This document shows positions 1 through 9,305 of a stretch of 64,000 bases of DNA, piece by piece. The position numbers and the translations under genes were made by a program. The stretch is taken from positions 8,402 through 72,401 of the forward strand of contig CANSFI010000001.1 in the NCBI GenBank assembly GCA_947646095.1, in the 5' to 3' direction. The notes beneath the pieces were generated by a model. It saw only the letters and a list, made by a program, of their open reading frames with translations, did not search any database and was not told the origin of the DNA. Position 1 is the stretch's first letter. Each line of letters starts with the position of its first letter. Source of the DNA: an uncultured Mycoplasmatota bacterium. GTDB taxonomy: Bacteria; Bacillota_I; Bacilli_A; RF39; UBA660.

Positions 1-1
1 A

Positions 2-829
2 TTAGAAAGTAAAACAGAGATAGAAACGGCTTTAGAAGGAGCAGATATGGTTTTTGTTACCTGTGGAATGGGTGGAGGAACTGGTACTGGTGCAGCTCCA
101 GTTATTGCAGATATAGCTCAACAGATGGGGGCCTTAACTGTTGGTATAGTTACTAAACCATTCTCATTTGAGGGAAGAAAACGTATGGAACAAGCAGTTC
201 AAGGTTTAGCAGAATTAAAAGAACATGTTGATACTTTGATTGTAATTCCAAATGATCGTTTAAGAGAAATAATAGATAAATCAACACCTTTATTAGAATC
301 TTTTAAAGAAGTTGATAATGTACTTCGTAGAGGTGTACAATCAATATCTGATTTGATTGCAGTATCAGGATTAATTAACTTGGATTTTGCAGATGTTAAA
401 TCAGTAATGGAACATCGTGGTAATGCTTTAATTGGTATTGGTATGGGTGTTGGAGAAGGAAGAGCTACAGAAGCTGCTAAACAAGCAGTATCTAGTCCAC
501 TTCTTGAAACAAGCATTAATGGAGCAACTGATGCAATTATCAATGTTACAGGTGGATCTAATTTAACTTTATTTGAAGTAGAAGAAGCAGCAGAAGCTAT
601 TAGATCATCTGCTAATACTGATATAAATACTATATTTGGAGCAGTAATTAACGAAAATTTAAATGATGAAATTATAGTTACAGTAATTGCTACAGGTTTT
701 GATGATGATAAAGAACCTTTATATCGCAACTATAATAAACAAGACGAAGTAGAAAAACTAGAGATTAATGAATCAGATGATGATAGTGATGCTATAATAC
801 CAGCATTCCTAAGAAAAAGAGGATTTTAA
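2..829 (+). CDS. ftsZ: Cell-division GTPase FtsZ, 5' end cut by the window edge
   Basis: Frame is open from nt 2 ([19 protein letters not shown]...). Tubulin signature [15 protein letters not shown], and C-terminal IPAFLRKR tail. Stop at 827-829. Confidence 0.95.
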   Translation, partial: LESKTEIETALEGADMVFVTCGMGGGTGTGAAPVIADIAQQMGALTVGIVTKPFSFEGRKRMEQAVQGLAELKEHVDTLIVIPNDRLREIIDKSTPLLESFKEVDNVLRRGVQSISDLIAVSGLINLDFADVKSVMEHRGNALIGIGMGVGEGRATEAAKQAVSSPLLETSINGATDAIINVTGGSNLTLFEVEEAAEAIRSSANTDINTIFGAVINENLNDEIIVTVIATGFDDDKEPLYRNYNKQDEVEKLEINESDDDSDAIIPAFLRKRGF

Positions 830-939
830 AATATCCTATGTTTTGATATAAATTAACATAAAATTTGCTAAATAATTTTGAAAATATTAAAAACTATGAT
901 ATAATGTATACAGATGAGGAATTCCTCATACAATAAAAA

Positions 940-1168
940 AGAGATATACTTTATTGTTAGGTGTGTCTCAAAATATTTTGGCTATTTCTAGCCGTTTGTT
1001 TTGATAACACTATATCAATTACAAAGATGATAGGTGTTATTTTTTGTCTAAACTTTTTATTAAATATATTATAATTAGTACTAAAGCTAATTCTAACATA
1101 AATACCTTTCCAGTTCATAAGACATCACCTCAATTCATGAGGAACACCTAACAATAAAGTATATCTCT
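940..1168. repeat. Perfect 25-bp inverted repeats (940-964 and 1144-1168) bracketing a 179-bp AT-rich spacer; candidate invertible switch or MITE
   Basis: AGAGATATACTTTATTGTTAGGTGT at 940-964 is the exact reverse complement of 1144-1168. The spacer holds a minus-strand TTAGAA-17-TATAAT (1096-1091 and 1073-1068). Flanks are TAAAAA-like on both sides. Confidence 0.9.
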
Positions 1169-1287
1169 AAAAACATTATACTAGAGATTTAACTTAAAGT
1201 AAACTTAATTCGTTAATTTTTTATTGATTATTTTGGATTTAATAAGTCAAAATTTATATTATAATTTTAATCATTAATGTAAATTTG

Positions 1288-1296
1288 TGATATAAT
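1288..1296 (+). promoter_or_regulatory. Extended -10 (TGaTATAAT) in front of the ancestral pilin start
   Basis: TGATATAAT at 1288-1296, 25 nt upstream of ATG 1321, followed by RBS AAGGAG. The -35 is poor. AT-rich background limits confidence. Confidence 0.3.
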
Positions 1297-1320
1297 TAAT
1301 AAAGAAAGGAGAATTAAAAA

Positions 1321-1341
1321 ATGAAAAAGAAAGGATTTACA
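1321..1341 (+). pseudogene. Orphaned 5' end (MKKKGFT) of a prepilin gene severed by an IS insertion
   Basis: RBS AAGGAG plus ATG AAA AAG AAA GGA TTT ACA. The pilin-like reading ends exactly at the IS left terminus (1342). The same GFT codons reappear at 2765-2774 and continue as LIELLAV. Confidence 0.75.
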
Positions 1342-2766
1342 CCAATGCTGTCAACTTAAGGATAGACATTCATAATACTATCTGTTAAAATGAAAATAGA
1401 GGTGGTATGTAGATGTCGTTATATACTAAGCTTACTGGTATAAATAAAACAATAGCTGCTACTTATGAAAAAAACTGTTGGAAACTTAAAGAAACATCAT
1501 TTATAAGAAATAGAAAGATGGATTATGAAACATTAGTTAAAAGTATAATATTCAAAAAAGGACAGACATTGGTATTAGAAATAGACGAATTTACAAAAAA
1601 AATGGAGACACAAAAAATAACAAAGCAGGCATATTCAAAGCAAAGACAAAATTTAGATCCTAAAGTATTTAAACATTTAAACGACGAATATATAAAAAAA
1701 ATATATGAAGAAATAAAAGTAAAAAGATATAAAAAGTATATAGTAATATCAGTAGATGGAAGTACAATCGAATTGCCAAATAGCGAGGAATTAAAGAAAC
1801 ATTATGGATTGTGTGAAGGACAAAAAGGAAGTGTAGGAAGAGTAAGGGCAAAATCATTAGGTATATACGATAGTTTAAACAAAATAATGGTAAAAAGTAA
1901 TATAGATCCATATAACGTAAGTGAAAAATATCAAATAATAAAAATGCTAGATGAAGTAAAAGAGTTCTACAAAGAAGAAGAAATAATAATGGTATTTGAT
2001 AGATATTATTTCGGAATATCATTTATAAATATGTTAGAAGAAAAAGGAATAAAATATTTAATGAGAATGAGATAAAATCACTATAAAAAAGAGAAAACAG
2101 AAATGAAAAGCAAAGATGAAATAGTGAAATTAAAAGTTAGAAAAAATAGTATATTTTATGCGAATGAAGAGGAAAAAGAAAAATTAAAAGAAAAAAATAT
2201 GTGGAAACAAGAATAATAAAACTAACATTAGAAACAGGAGCCGAAGAACATTTAAGTACTAATTTAAGCAAGGAAGAATTAAGTATAAAAGAGGCAAAAG
2301 AACTGTATTTTACAAGATGGAATATAGAAAAATCATTTGATATAATAAAAAACAAATTAAATATAGAAAATTTTTCTTCAAAAAAAGTAATAGGAGTAGA
2401 ACAGGAGTTTTATGCCCAAATTATGGTATATAATATGATAGAAGATTTAAAAAGAGATGCAGAAGAAGGAGTAAAAAAGAGACATATTTAAAATATGAAT
2501 ATAAAATAAACATGAATATATTGGCAGGAAAATTTAAGAAGGAATTTATAGAAGTATTAATATCACCAACTGTAGAAGAAAGTACAAAAAGATATATGAA
2601 TATGATAGAAGAATTAAGAAAAAATGTTGTGCCAATAAAACCAGGAAGAAGATTTGAAAGAAGAAAAATGCATAGTATGAATAAGTATAGAAGTAATTTA
2701 AGGAGAAATGTATAATGAAAAAGTATTTAAAAACAAAGGGAAAAGAGTTTAAGTTGACAACATTGG
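1342..2766 (+). mobile_element. IS4-family insertion sequence (1425 bp), transposase inactivated
   Basis: Terminal IRs are CCAATGCTGTCAACTTAAG (1342-1360) and the reverse complement of 2748-2766 (17/19 match). An 8-bp direct repeat GATTTACA lies at 1334-1341 and 2767-2774. The internal DDE transposase carries the Y-x2-R-x3-E-x6-K signature (YFTRWNIEKSFDIIK). Confidence 0.85.
1413..2715 (+). pseudogene. IS4-family DDE transposase broken into three ORFs
   Basis: In-frame TAA at 2073-2075 with homology continuing after it (NHYKKEKTEMKSKDEIVKL). Frameshift in the A-run near 2190-2200. Second frameshift in the A-run at 2473-2478 (KKETYLKYEYKINMNILAGKF continues in another frame). Confidence 0.85.
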
Positions 2767-3815
2767 GATTTACACTTATAGAATTACTTGCAGTAATAAT
2801 AATACTCTCTATAATAGCCCTAATTACAGTACCAGTAATAATGAATATAATAGAAAGAGCTAATAAGAGTGCATTTAAAGATTCAGCATATGGAATAATC
2901 AAAGCAGGTGAATTACATTATGCTGATAAACTATTAGATCATGCTGGTATGACAAATGATATAACATTTACTTTTCCTGAAGCTACAGGACTAGATATAA
3001 AAGGATCAAGACCAAAAAGTGGAAATATGAAAGTAACTAAAGATGGTAAAATAGAACTTGCTATAAGTAATGGAAAATGGTGTGCTAGAAAAAGTTTAAA
3101 TGAAGAAGAGATAACTATAGATAATAATATAAAAGATTGTTCATTAATAAAAATACCAAATCCAATCATAATAACAAATAATAATTGTCTAACAGAAGGA
3201 ATATGTGAAAATGGAGTATTAGTAAATGTCAAAGTAAACGATACAGAAAACCATAATTTCTATGTAATTGGTGATACAAATGGAGAATTAACACTAATAA
3301 TGGATAGAAATTTAGGAAGTGATGTGGAATGGATAACTAAAGAAGATTATTTAGCAGCAGGTGGTACAAAAAGTTGGGTATCTTATGGAAATAATGATAA
3401 AGGTCCACTAACAGCTTTAAAAACTTTAGAATATAGAACTAAAAATTGGTCTAATATAGATGCTTATGATTATGAATTAATAGATGATAGCAAAGAAAAT
3501 GTATATCAGCCAATAAAAATAGCTGGTGCTAGAGCAAGATTGTTAACTTTGACAGAAGCAAAAAATTTGGGATGTGAAAGTGCTTTGGTTGAAAAAAGTT
3601 GCCCAGAATATTTATATGATAATTTATTTAGTACTAATCATGCAGATGATCAAATAGCTTATTGGTTGTCTACAGCAACTAAGAAATCTTCGTTTTATGC
3701 AGCTTACAATAAATATTTTATGTATTATAAAGGAACTTTTAAAAGTTATGCAAATGTTAGTATTGGGAATCGCCAAGGACTTCGCCCAGTTATAAAAATA
3801 TCTAAAACTATATAA
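2715..3815 (+). CDS. Prepilin-type N-terminal cleavage/methylation protein (paralog 1) with IS-encoded leader and a large C-terminal module
   Basis: MKKYLKTKGKEFKLTTLG|FTLIELLAVIIILSIIALITVP is a class III signal. ATG 2715 and RBS AGGAG (2701-2705) lie inside the IS right end. The C-terminus ends GLRPVIKIS and is paralogous to 9257-10336. Confidence 0.8.
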   Translation: MKKYLKTKGKEFKLTTLGFTLIELLAVIIILSIIALITVPVIMNIIERANKSAFKDSAYGIIKAGELHYADKLLDHAGMTNDITFTFPEATGLDIKGSRPKSGNMKVTKDGKIELAISNGKWCARKSLNEEEITIDNNIKDCSLIKIPNPIIITNNNCLTEGICENGVLVNVKVNDTENHNFYVIGDTNGELTLIMDRNLGSDVEWITKEDYLAAGGTKSWVSYGNNDKGPLTALKTLEYRTKNWSNIDAYDYELIDDSKENVYQPIKIAGARARLLTLTEAKNLGCESALVEKSCPEYLYDNLFSTNHADDQIAYWLSTATKKSSFYAAYNKYFMYYKGTFKSYANVSIGNRQGLRPVIKISKTI

Positions 3816-3822
3816 TTTAATA

Positions 3823-3860
3823 AAAGAATTAGAAAAATAATAAATTTCTAATTCTTTTTG
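3823..3860. terminator. Bidirectional rho-independent terminator between convergent genes
   Basis: 13-bp perfect stem AAAGAATTAGAAA / TTTCTAATTCTTT with a 9-nt loop. T-run on the plus strand and A-run on the other side. Confidence 0.7.
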
Positions 3861-3862
3861 CA

Positions 3863-4183
3863 TTATTCTGATATTTTAATTTTAATAGTTAAACTTTTTT
3901 TTAATTTCATTATTAGTATAAATCCTAAATATAAAATAATAGAAAAAATTAAAAAAATAACTATAAAAAATAATGGAAATATAATTAGGTTTATTATACC
4001 TGATAAAACACCTGGTTCTTTTGTACCTATATTTAAATAAACATAAAAATAAGTACTAAATAAATTAAATAAGGCCCCAAAGCAAGCGATAATCCCAGAT
4101 ATAATACCTGAACCTAAAGCACCAATTAAAATTAATTTGATATAAGAACTAAAACTAATTTTTTCTAATTTCGTTTCTTTCAT
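3863..4183 (-). CDS. Small hypothetical membrane protein (three predicted TM helices)
   Basis: 106-aa ORF with hydrophobic segments, convergent with pilin 1. No recognisable family. Confidence 0.45.
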   Translation of the reverse strand: MKETKLEKISFSSYIKLILIGALGSGIISGIIACFGALFNLFSTYFYVYLNIGTKEPGVLSGIINLIIFPLFFIVIFLIFSIILYLGFILIMKLKKSLTIKIKISE

Positions 4184-4315
4184 AAAGTCCCTCCTAAATT
4201 AATTATATCAACATTTATAAATAATTTATATATTTATGTTACAATTTTGTAATGATGTTTGTCACTTAATTGTAATATAAAATTAATATAATTATTTTCT
4301 AAGGAGAATATTTAT

Positions 4316-5173
4316 ATGGCTAAAAAAAGATTAAAGAAAAAATTTAAATTAATATTTAAACTTTTGATTATAATACCTTTATTAATTTTAATAAAAAATG
4401 TTATTTTTACTAAAAAATTAGAAAAGAGGATAAAACCAGATTTTCAAGTATTAGAAGAAAATATAGATGAAAAATATGCCTATTTACCTCAAACAGATAC
4501 ATTTGATAAATTAAAACAATTAATAGAAAAAGATAAAAAAGTAGAAAAAATTTTAGATAATTATTTAGAATATCCAGAAGATCTTTTAATGATGTTATCT
4601 AAAAATATTGAAATGTTAGATTTTGTTTTAGAATTTAATAATCAAAAAGGAAAAACACTTGATGATAATGTAGGTAAAATAAAAAAAGATGAAATCCCAT
4701 TATTGTTACAATGGGATAAAAGATGGGGTTATACCAAATATGGAGATAATTATTTAGCAATAAATGGATGTGCCCCCACAACTCTTTCAATGGTTATAGC
4801 AGGACTTACTGGTAACAATAAAATTACACCAGCTGTTATTTCTAAATATGCTAAAGAAAATGGATACTATGTTGAAGGAATTGGAACAAGTTGGGATATT
4901 ATGACAGTTGGAGCTAAACACTTTGGTATTACTGGTACTAATATAAACTTAAATAAAAACGATATATATTATTATTTAGAAAATGGAAATCCTATAATTT
5001 GTAGTATGGCACCAGGTGATTTTACTACCACAGGACACTTTATAGTATTGACACAAATAAAAAATGGAAAAATAAAAGTAAATGATCCAAATAGTAAAAG
5101 TAGAAGTAATAAGCTATGGGATTATGAAATATTAGAATCACAAATAAAAAACTTATGGGTATTTCAAAAATAG
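4316..5173 (+). CDS. Membrane-anchored C39-like cysteine peptidase domain protein
   Basis: N-terminal TM anchor. WDKRWGY...INGCAPTTLSMV (catalytic Cys context) and GHFIVL...NDPN (His context), as in the C39-like (YvpB-type) family. Confidence 0.65.
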   Translation: MAKKRLKKKFKLIFKLLIIIPLLILIKNVIFTKKLEKRIKPDFQVLEENIDEKYAYLPQTDTFDKLKQLIEKDKKVEKILDNYLEYPEDLLMMLSKNIEMLDFVLEFNNQKGKTLDDNVGKIKKDEIPLLLQWDKRWGYTKYGDNYLAINGCAPTTLSMVIAGLTGNNKITPAVISKYAKENGYYVEGIGTSWDIMTVGAKHFGITGTNINLNKNDIYYYLENGNPIICSMAPGDFTTTGHFIVLTQIKNGKIKVNDPNSKSRSNKLWDYEILESQIKNLWVFQK

Positions 5174-5186
5174 ATAGGATGATTTT

Positions 5187-6011
5187 ATGAAAAGAAAAAC
5201 ATTAACACAAACTCTACCATTTTTATTACCAATTAGAATATGGCAAAGAAATTTATTTTTTAAGATATCATTATATTTTGATAAAAATATATATTCTAAA
5301 AGGATAGGTGATGAACTTAAATATGAAGTATGTAAAACAAAAACTTTGATGATTAATGAAAATAGTGGTTATAATATTATTTATCAAAAAAATAAAGTCC
5401 ATAATTTAAAAATTATTAGTAAAACAATGAATAAAATATTAATTTATCCAAATGAAACATTTTCTTTTTGTTATTTACTTAAAAATACAAAAAAATATGG
5501 AAAACTAAAAGAAGGACTTATTTCAGTTAACAATAAAATAATTACTAAAAAGGGTGGAGGTTTATGTCATTTAAGTAATTTATTATATTATTCTTTCCTA
5601 TTAACGCCTCTTACTATAGTTGAAAGGCATGGTCATAAAGTCAAATCCCTTCCTAATCCTGATCAAAATTCTTTAGAAGGTGTAGATGCTACAATTAATA
5701 GTGGATGGCTAGATTTAAAAGTAAGAAACGATACTAAAAACATATATCAAATTATAATTGATTTTGATCAGGATTATATGTATGTAAAAATACTTTGTAA
5801 TAAAGATTTAAACTTTTATTCTACTATTATAAATGATAATTTTGAATATATAAAAAAGAATGACAAAATATATGAAAGTGTATCTGTAATTAAATTAACA
5901 AAAGATAAAAAAACAGATAGGATTGTAAAAAAACAGAAACTATATGATGAAGTTGTTTTAATTAATTATGAACTTCCTAAGAATGTAAGGATAAGAAAAT
6001 TAAATGATTAA
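5187..6011 (+). CDS. VanW-family protein
   Basis: KKGGGLCHLSNLLYY...IVERHGH...GVDATI...DLKVRND matches the VanW-domain core. Confidence 0.8.
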   Translation: MKRKTLTQTLPFLLPIRIWQRNLFFKISLYFDKNIYSKRIGDELKYEVCKTKTLMINENSGYNIIYQKNKVHNLKIISKTMNKILIYPNETFSFCYLLKNTKKYGKLKEGLISVNNKIITKKGGGLCHLSNLLYYSFLLTPLTIVERHGHKVKSLPNPDQNSLEGVDATINSGWLDLKVRNDTKNIYQIIIDFDQDYMYVKILCNKDLNFYSTIINDNFEYIKKNDKIYESVSVIKLTKDKKTDRIVKKQKLYDEVVLINYELPKNVRIRKLND

Positions 6012-6981
6012 AGACAAATACTTAAATATTGATTTATACAGATTAATTGCCTCTTTTTTAGTTGTTGCTATTCATACATATCCATTAGATTTTATAAGCC
6101 CTAATTTAGATTATTTTTTTACTAGAATTTTATTTAGAATTGCTGTTCCTTTATTTGTTATGATAACAGGTTATTATATTATACCCAGAGCTTTAAAAGA
6201 TAAAAATGAATTAAAAAAATATACATTAAAAATAATAAAAATATATTTAATTAGTATAATAATTTATTTACCACTCAATATATATAATGGTTATTTTAAT
6301 AACTTTAATATTTTTACTTTTATTAAAGATATATTTTTAAATGGTATATTTTATCATTTATGGTATTTTCCAGCTTTAATATTAGGGTTATGGTTAACTT
6401 ACTTTATTATAAAAAAATTTAAATTTAAAGTAATAATTACACTTATTAGTCTACTTTATATAATTGGTTTATTTGGAGATAGTTATTATTATTTAATTAG
6501 TGATAATTTAATATTAAGAAATATTTATGATTTTATTTTTATATTTTTTGATTATACAAGAAACGGTTTATTTTATATACCAATATTTCTTTATATGGGC
6601 TATTACTTTAATAATAAAAAATTTAACAAGTTAAATATATATTTAATTATATCCTTAATCCTTATGATGATAGAAGGTATTATTCTATATATATTTAAAA
6701 TTCCTAAGCATAATAGTATGTACTTATTTTTAATTCCTACAATGTTTTTAATATTTAATTTTATAATTAATAAAAATTTAAAAACAGATAAAAAAATTAG
6801 AAATTGTGCAACTTATTTATATATTATGCACCCATTATTTATAGTAATAATTAGACTTTTATCTAAAATATTAAAATTCAAAACTTTAAATAATAGTTTT
6901 ATTAATTATATATTAGTTATATTATCAACAATACTATTTATTTCATTAATTAATAAACTAAAAAAATATAAAAAAGGATGA
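6004..6981 (+). CDS. Acyltransferase family 3 integral membrane protein
   Basis: About 10 TM helices. N-terminal LDIYRLIASFLVVAIHTYP motif typical of acyltransferase-3 / OatA-like proteins. Overlaps the vanW-like stop by 8 nt. Confidence 0.7.
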   Translation: MIKDKYLNIDLYRLIASFLVVAIHTYPLDFISPNLDYFFTRILFRIAVPLFVMITGYYIIPRALKDKNELKKYTLKIIKIYLISIIIYLPLNIYNGYFNNFNIFTFIKDIFLNGIFYHLWYFPALILGLWLTYFIIKKFKFKVIITLISLLYIIGLFGDSYYYLISDNLILRNIYDFIFIFFDYTRNGLFYIPIFLYMGYYFNNKKFNKLNIYLIISLILMMIEGIILYIFKIPKHNSMYLFLIPTMFLIFNFIINKNLKTDKKIRNCATYLYIMHPLFIVIIRLLSKILKFKTLNNSFINYILVILSTILFISLINKLKKYKKG

Positions 6982-6985
6982 TTTT

Positions 6986-7465
6986 ATGAAACAGAAAAAA
7001 CTAACTTATATTTTATTTATTATTTATATATTACTTTTATCTTGGCTTATATTATTTAAAATGCAATTTGATTTAAGATTACTTCCAAATATTAGAATAA
7101 TTAATTTAATCCCTTTTAATGAATCTATGCAAAGTGAAGTAATAAACAATATATTAGTTTTTATTCCTGTAGGTATTTATATAACTATACTTTGGAAAGA
7201 TAAAAAAATTTATTATAAAATAATTTTTGTTATTATACTTTCTTTAATGTATGAAATTATACAATTTATATTTGGCATAGGGATAACTGATATAACTGAT
7301 ATCCTTATGAATACATTAGGTGGAACTATTGGAATATTTATTATATATTTAATATATAAAATATTTAAAAATGAAAAAATAGATAAAGTATTAAATATTT
7401 TAGCTTTAATTTCAACTATATTTATACTATCATTTATTTCAATATTAATTATAGCAAATCTCTAA
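6986..7465 (+). CDS. VanZ-family membrane protein
   Basis: INLIPF...NILVFIPVG...YEIIQF...DITDILMNTLGGTIG pattern of VanZ-like proteins. Confidence 0.75.
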   Translation: MKQKKLTYILFIIYILLLSWLILFKMQFDLRLLPNIRIINLIPFNESMQSEVINNILVFIPVGIYITILWKDKKIYYKIIFVIILSLMYEIIQFIFGIGITDITDILMNTLGGTIGIFIIYLIYKIFKNEKIDKVLNILALISTIFILSFISILIIANL

Positions 7466-7495
7466 GACATTAATATTAATTTATTGATGTCTTTT
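7464..7495 (+). terminator. Rho-independent terminator after the vanZ-like gene
   Basis: AAGACAT (7464-7470) pairs with ATGTCTT (7487-7493), followed by a T-run. Confidence 0.45.
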
Positions 7496-7595
7496 ACGTT
7501 ATAATAGAAATATCAAGTAATTTTATTCTATATGTAAAATAGATTTGATAGACTATATATATCTTAATATATAGTTTTTTTAAAAGAGGAAAACT

Positions 7596-8105
7596 ATGAG
7601 TTTAGATAAAAAAATAGTCGAAATTAGAAAAAATAATAATTTAAGTCAAGAAGACTTAGCTGAGATTTTAAATGTATTAAGACAAACTATTTCTAATTGG
7701 GAAAATATGAAATGTTATCCTGATATACAAACAATTATTATAAGCGATCAGTTTAAAATATCACCAGATGAATTATTAAAGGATGATATGAAAATGGTAA
7801 AAGACATTGATGAAAAAGTTTCTAAAAATTCTAAATTAAAAATTATAATAGCTATATTAACTATGTTAATATTTTTAGTGTTTTCGTTTTTAATTTTAAA
7901 AAACTATATAGGTAGTGAAAATAAAAGGAAAAATGAATCTATATATCAAAAAATTATAATCAATTTAAATATATTAAGTTTTGAAAAGATGGATGATATT
8001 GCTTTTTCAAATTTAATAGAAAATGGTGTCAAATATTCTATATATTCTAAAATGCCAGAAGTATTAGAAAAAGGTATCTCTGCTAGATACTTGATGAAAT
8101 ATTAA
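7596..8105 (+). CDS. XRE-family HTH regulator with a C-terminal TM segment
   Basis: LSQEDLAEILNVLRQTISNWENMKCYPD helix-turn-helix, then a hydrophobic helix IIIAILTMLIFLVFSFLIL. Confidence 0.75.
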   Translation: MSLDKKIVEIRKNNNLSQEDLAEILNVLRQTISNWENMKCYPDIQTIIISDQFKISPDELLKDDMKMVKDIDEKVSKNSKLKIIIAILTMLIFLVFSFLILKNYIGSENKRKNESIYQKIIINLNILSFEKMDDIAFSNLIENGVKYSIYSKMPEVLEKGISARYLMKY

Positions 8106-8433
8106 TGCTATTTGATTATAATGATGATAGTGTAGAAATTACGTATAAATAAAAAATGTAGTAACATTATATTGTAATAAACAATGAGATTAAAAAATGA
8201 CAAAACAAATAGTATAGAGATTTATAATGATAATAAAGAAAAAACAAAAGAAGTAATTAATAAGATGGTAGAATTATTTGATGAAATATATAAATAAAGA
8301 TTGATTCTAAAGGGACTGTCATGAAATAAAATAATTTTATGCAGTTTTTAAATTTTAATTTATTTAAAATATAGACAAAAAGATATTAATGTTATAAAAT
8401 TAATATAGAAATAAACAATAAAGGAGTGAAATA

Positions 8434-9111
8434 ATGAAACGAGGATTTACTTTAATAGAATTACTTGCAGTAATAATACTTCTTTCTATTATAGCCTTAA
8501 TTACTGTGCCAACCATTATGAATATAATAGAAAAAGCTAAAAAAAGTTCATTTAAAGATAGTGCTTATGGAATTATTAAAGCAGGAGAATTAAGTTATTC
8601 AAAAAAATTATTAGATCCAAATAGTACATTAACAGATATGGCATTTACTTTTCCAGAAGCAGAAGGACTTGAAATAAAAGGAACAAAACCTAAAAGTGGG
8701 ACAATGATAATAAATACAGAAGGTAAAGTAAGTCTTAGTATAACTGATGGAAAATATTGCGCTAAAAAAGATTATAGTGATGATAATATAACAATAACTG
8801 ATAATGTAGAAGATTGCAAGGAAACTAAAAAAGCTATGAGAAGATCAATGATAGTTAATAAATTGATAACTGACTTAAAAGTATCAGAAACAAATATAGA
8901 ATTAAATTTAAATGAAAGTCGTTTTATAACAGCAACAATAAGTCCAAGTGATGCGACTAATAAAAGTTTAACATGGATGACTGAAAATCCTTCTATAGTT
9001 ATAGTAGAAGTTGGCAAAGTAACAGGGTTAAGTAAGGGAACAACAAAAATAACAGTTGAAGCAATGGATGGAAGTAATATCAGAAAAGAAATAAATATAA
9101 CAGTAAAATAA
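8434..9111 (+). CDS. Prepilin-type protein (paralog 2) with a canonical short leader and a C-terminal Big_2-like Ig domain
   Basis: MKRG|FTLIELLAVIILLSIIALITVP. The first ~110 aa are highly similar to paralog 1. The C-terminal ATISPSDATNKSLTWMTENPSIV...GTTKITVEA resembles bacterial Ig-like group 2. Confidence 0.85.
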   Translation: MKRGFTLIELLAVIILLSIIALITVPTIMNIIEKAKKSSFKDSAYGIIKAGELSYSKKLLDPNSTLTDMAFTFPEAEGLEIKGTKPKSGTMIINTEGKVSLSITDGKYCAKKDYSDDNITITDNVEDCKETKKAMRRSMIVNKLITDLKVSETNIELNLNESRFITATISPSDATNKSLTWMTENPSIVIVEVGKVTGLSKGTTKITVEAMDGSNIRKEINITVK

Positions 9112-9122
9112 AAATAATTATA

Positions 9123-9140
9123 ATGAAATTAGGATTTACA
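9123..9140 (+). pseudogene. Orphaned ancestral start (MKLGFT) of pilin paralog 3
   Basis: ATG AAA TTA GGA TTT ACA, then TCAATTAAG. This resembles the IS left end CCAA[TGCTGTCAAC]TTAAG with 10 nt missing. The reading frame closes after 5 more codons. Confidence 0.55.
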
Positions 9141-9305
9141 TCAATTAAGATAATTTAAAACTAATAAATAATTGATAAAACCAATATCAAAATATAATTT
9201 GAAATAAAATAATTAAATTATTTTCATATAAATATAAACAAATTGGAGGAATAATAATGAAAAACAATACATTGAAAAATGAAAAGAAAAAGATCACAAC
9301 ATTAG
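9141..9305 (+). mobile_element. 165-bp scar of the same IS4-family element (both ends retained, body deleted)
   Basis: Left: TCAATTAAGATA versus IS CCAATGCTGTCAACTTAAGGATA. Right: AAGATCACAACATTAG versus IS AAGTTGACAACATTGG. It is followed by CCTTTACA where the intact copy has the duplicated GATTTACA. ATG 9257 lies 49 nt from the scar end, versus 52 nt in the intact IS. Confidence 0.55.

Noticed and set aside
199-729. Long antisense ORFs inside strong genes. Examples: 199-729(-), 1669-2022(-), 2546-2902(-), 8772-9017(-), 32044-32292(-), 58510-58821(-), 20729-20918 on both strands, 46759-47013(-).
   Set aside because: They lie opposite or out of frame to well-supported CDSs, lack an RBS and have low-complexity composition. 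This is typical of AT-rich six-frame noise.
914-929. 16-bp perfect palindrome ATGAGGAATTCCTCAT as the ftsZ terminator.
   Set aside because: There is no loop and no downstream T-tract on either strand. It contains an EcoRI-type core and may be incidental. A half-site copy occurs at 1134-1145, but the arrangement is not symmetric with the 25-bp repeats.
5187-7465. VanW, acyltransferase and VanZ-like genes as a vancomycin/teicoplanin resistance operon.
   Set aside because: There are no vanH/A/X ligase-dehydrogenase-dipeptidase genes and no vanRS. VanW and VanZ domains are widespread outside resistance clusters, so only family-level calls are justified.
8106-8433. Possible extra coding sequence after the XRE gene (for example IEIYNDNKEKTKEVINKMVELFDEIYK).
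   Set aside because: It is interrupted by several stops, has no RBS and is too short to assign. It is probably a decayed remnant or chance.
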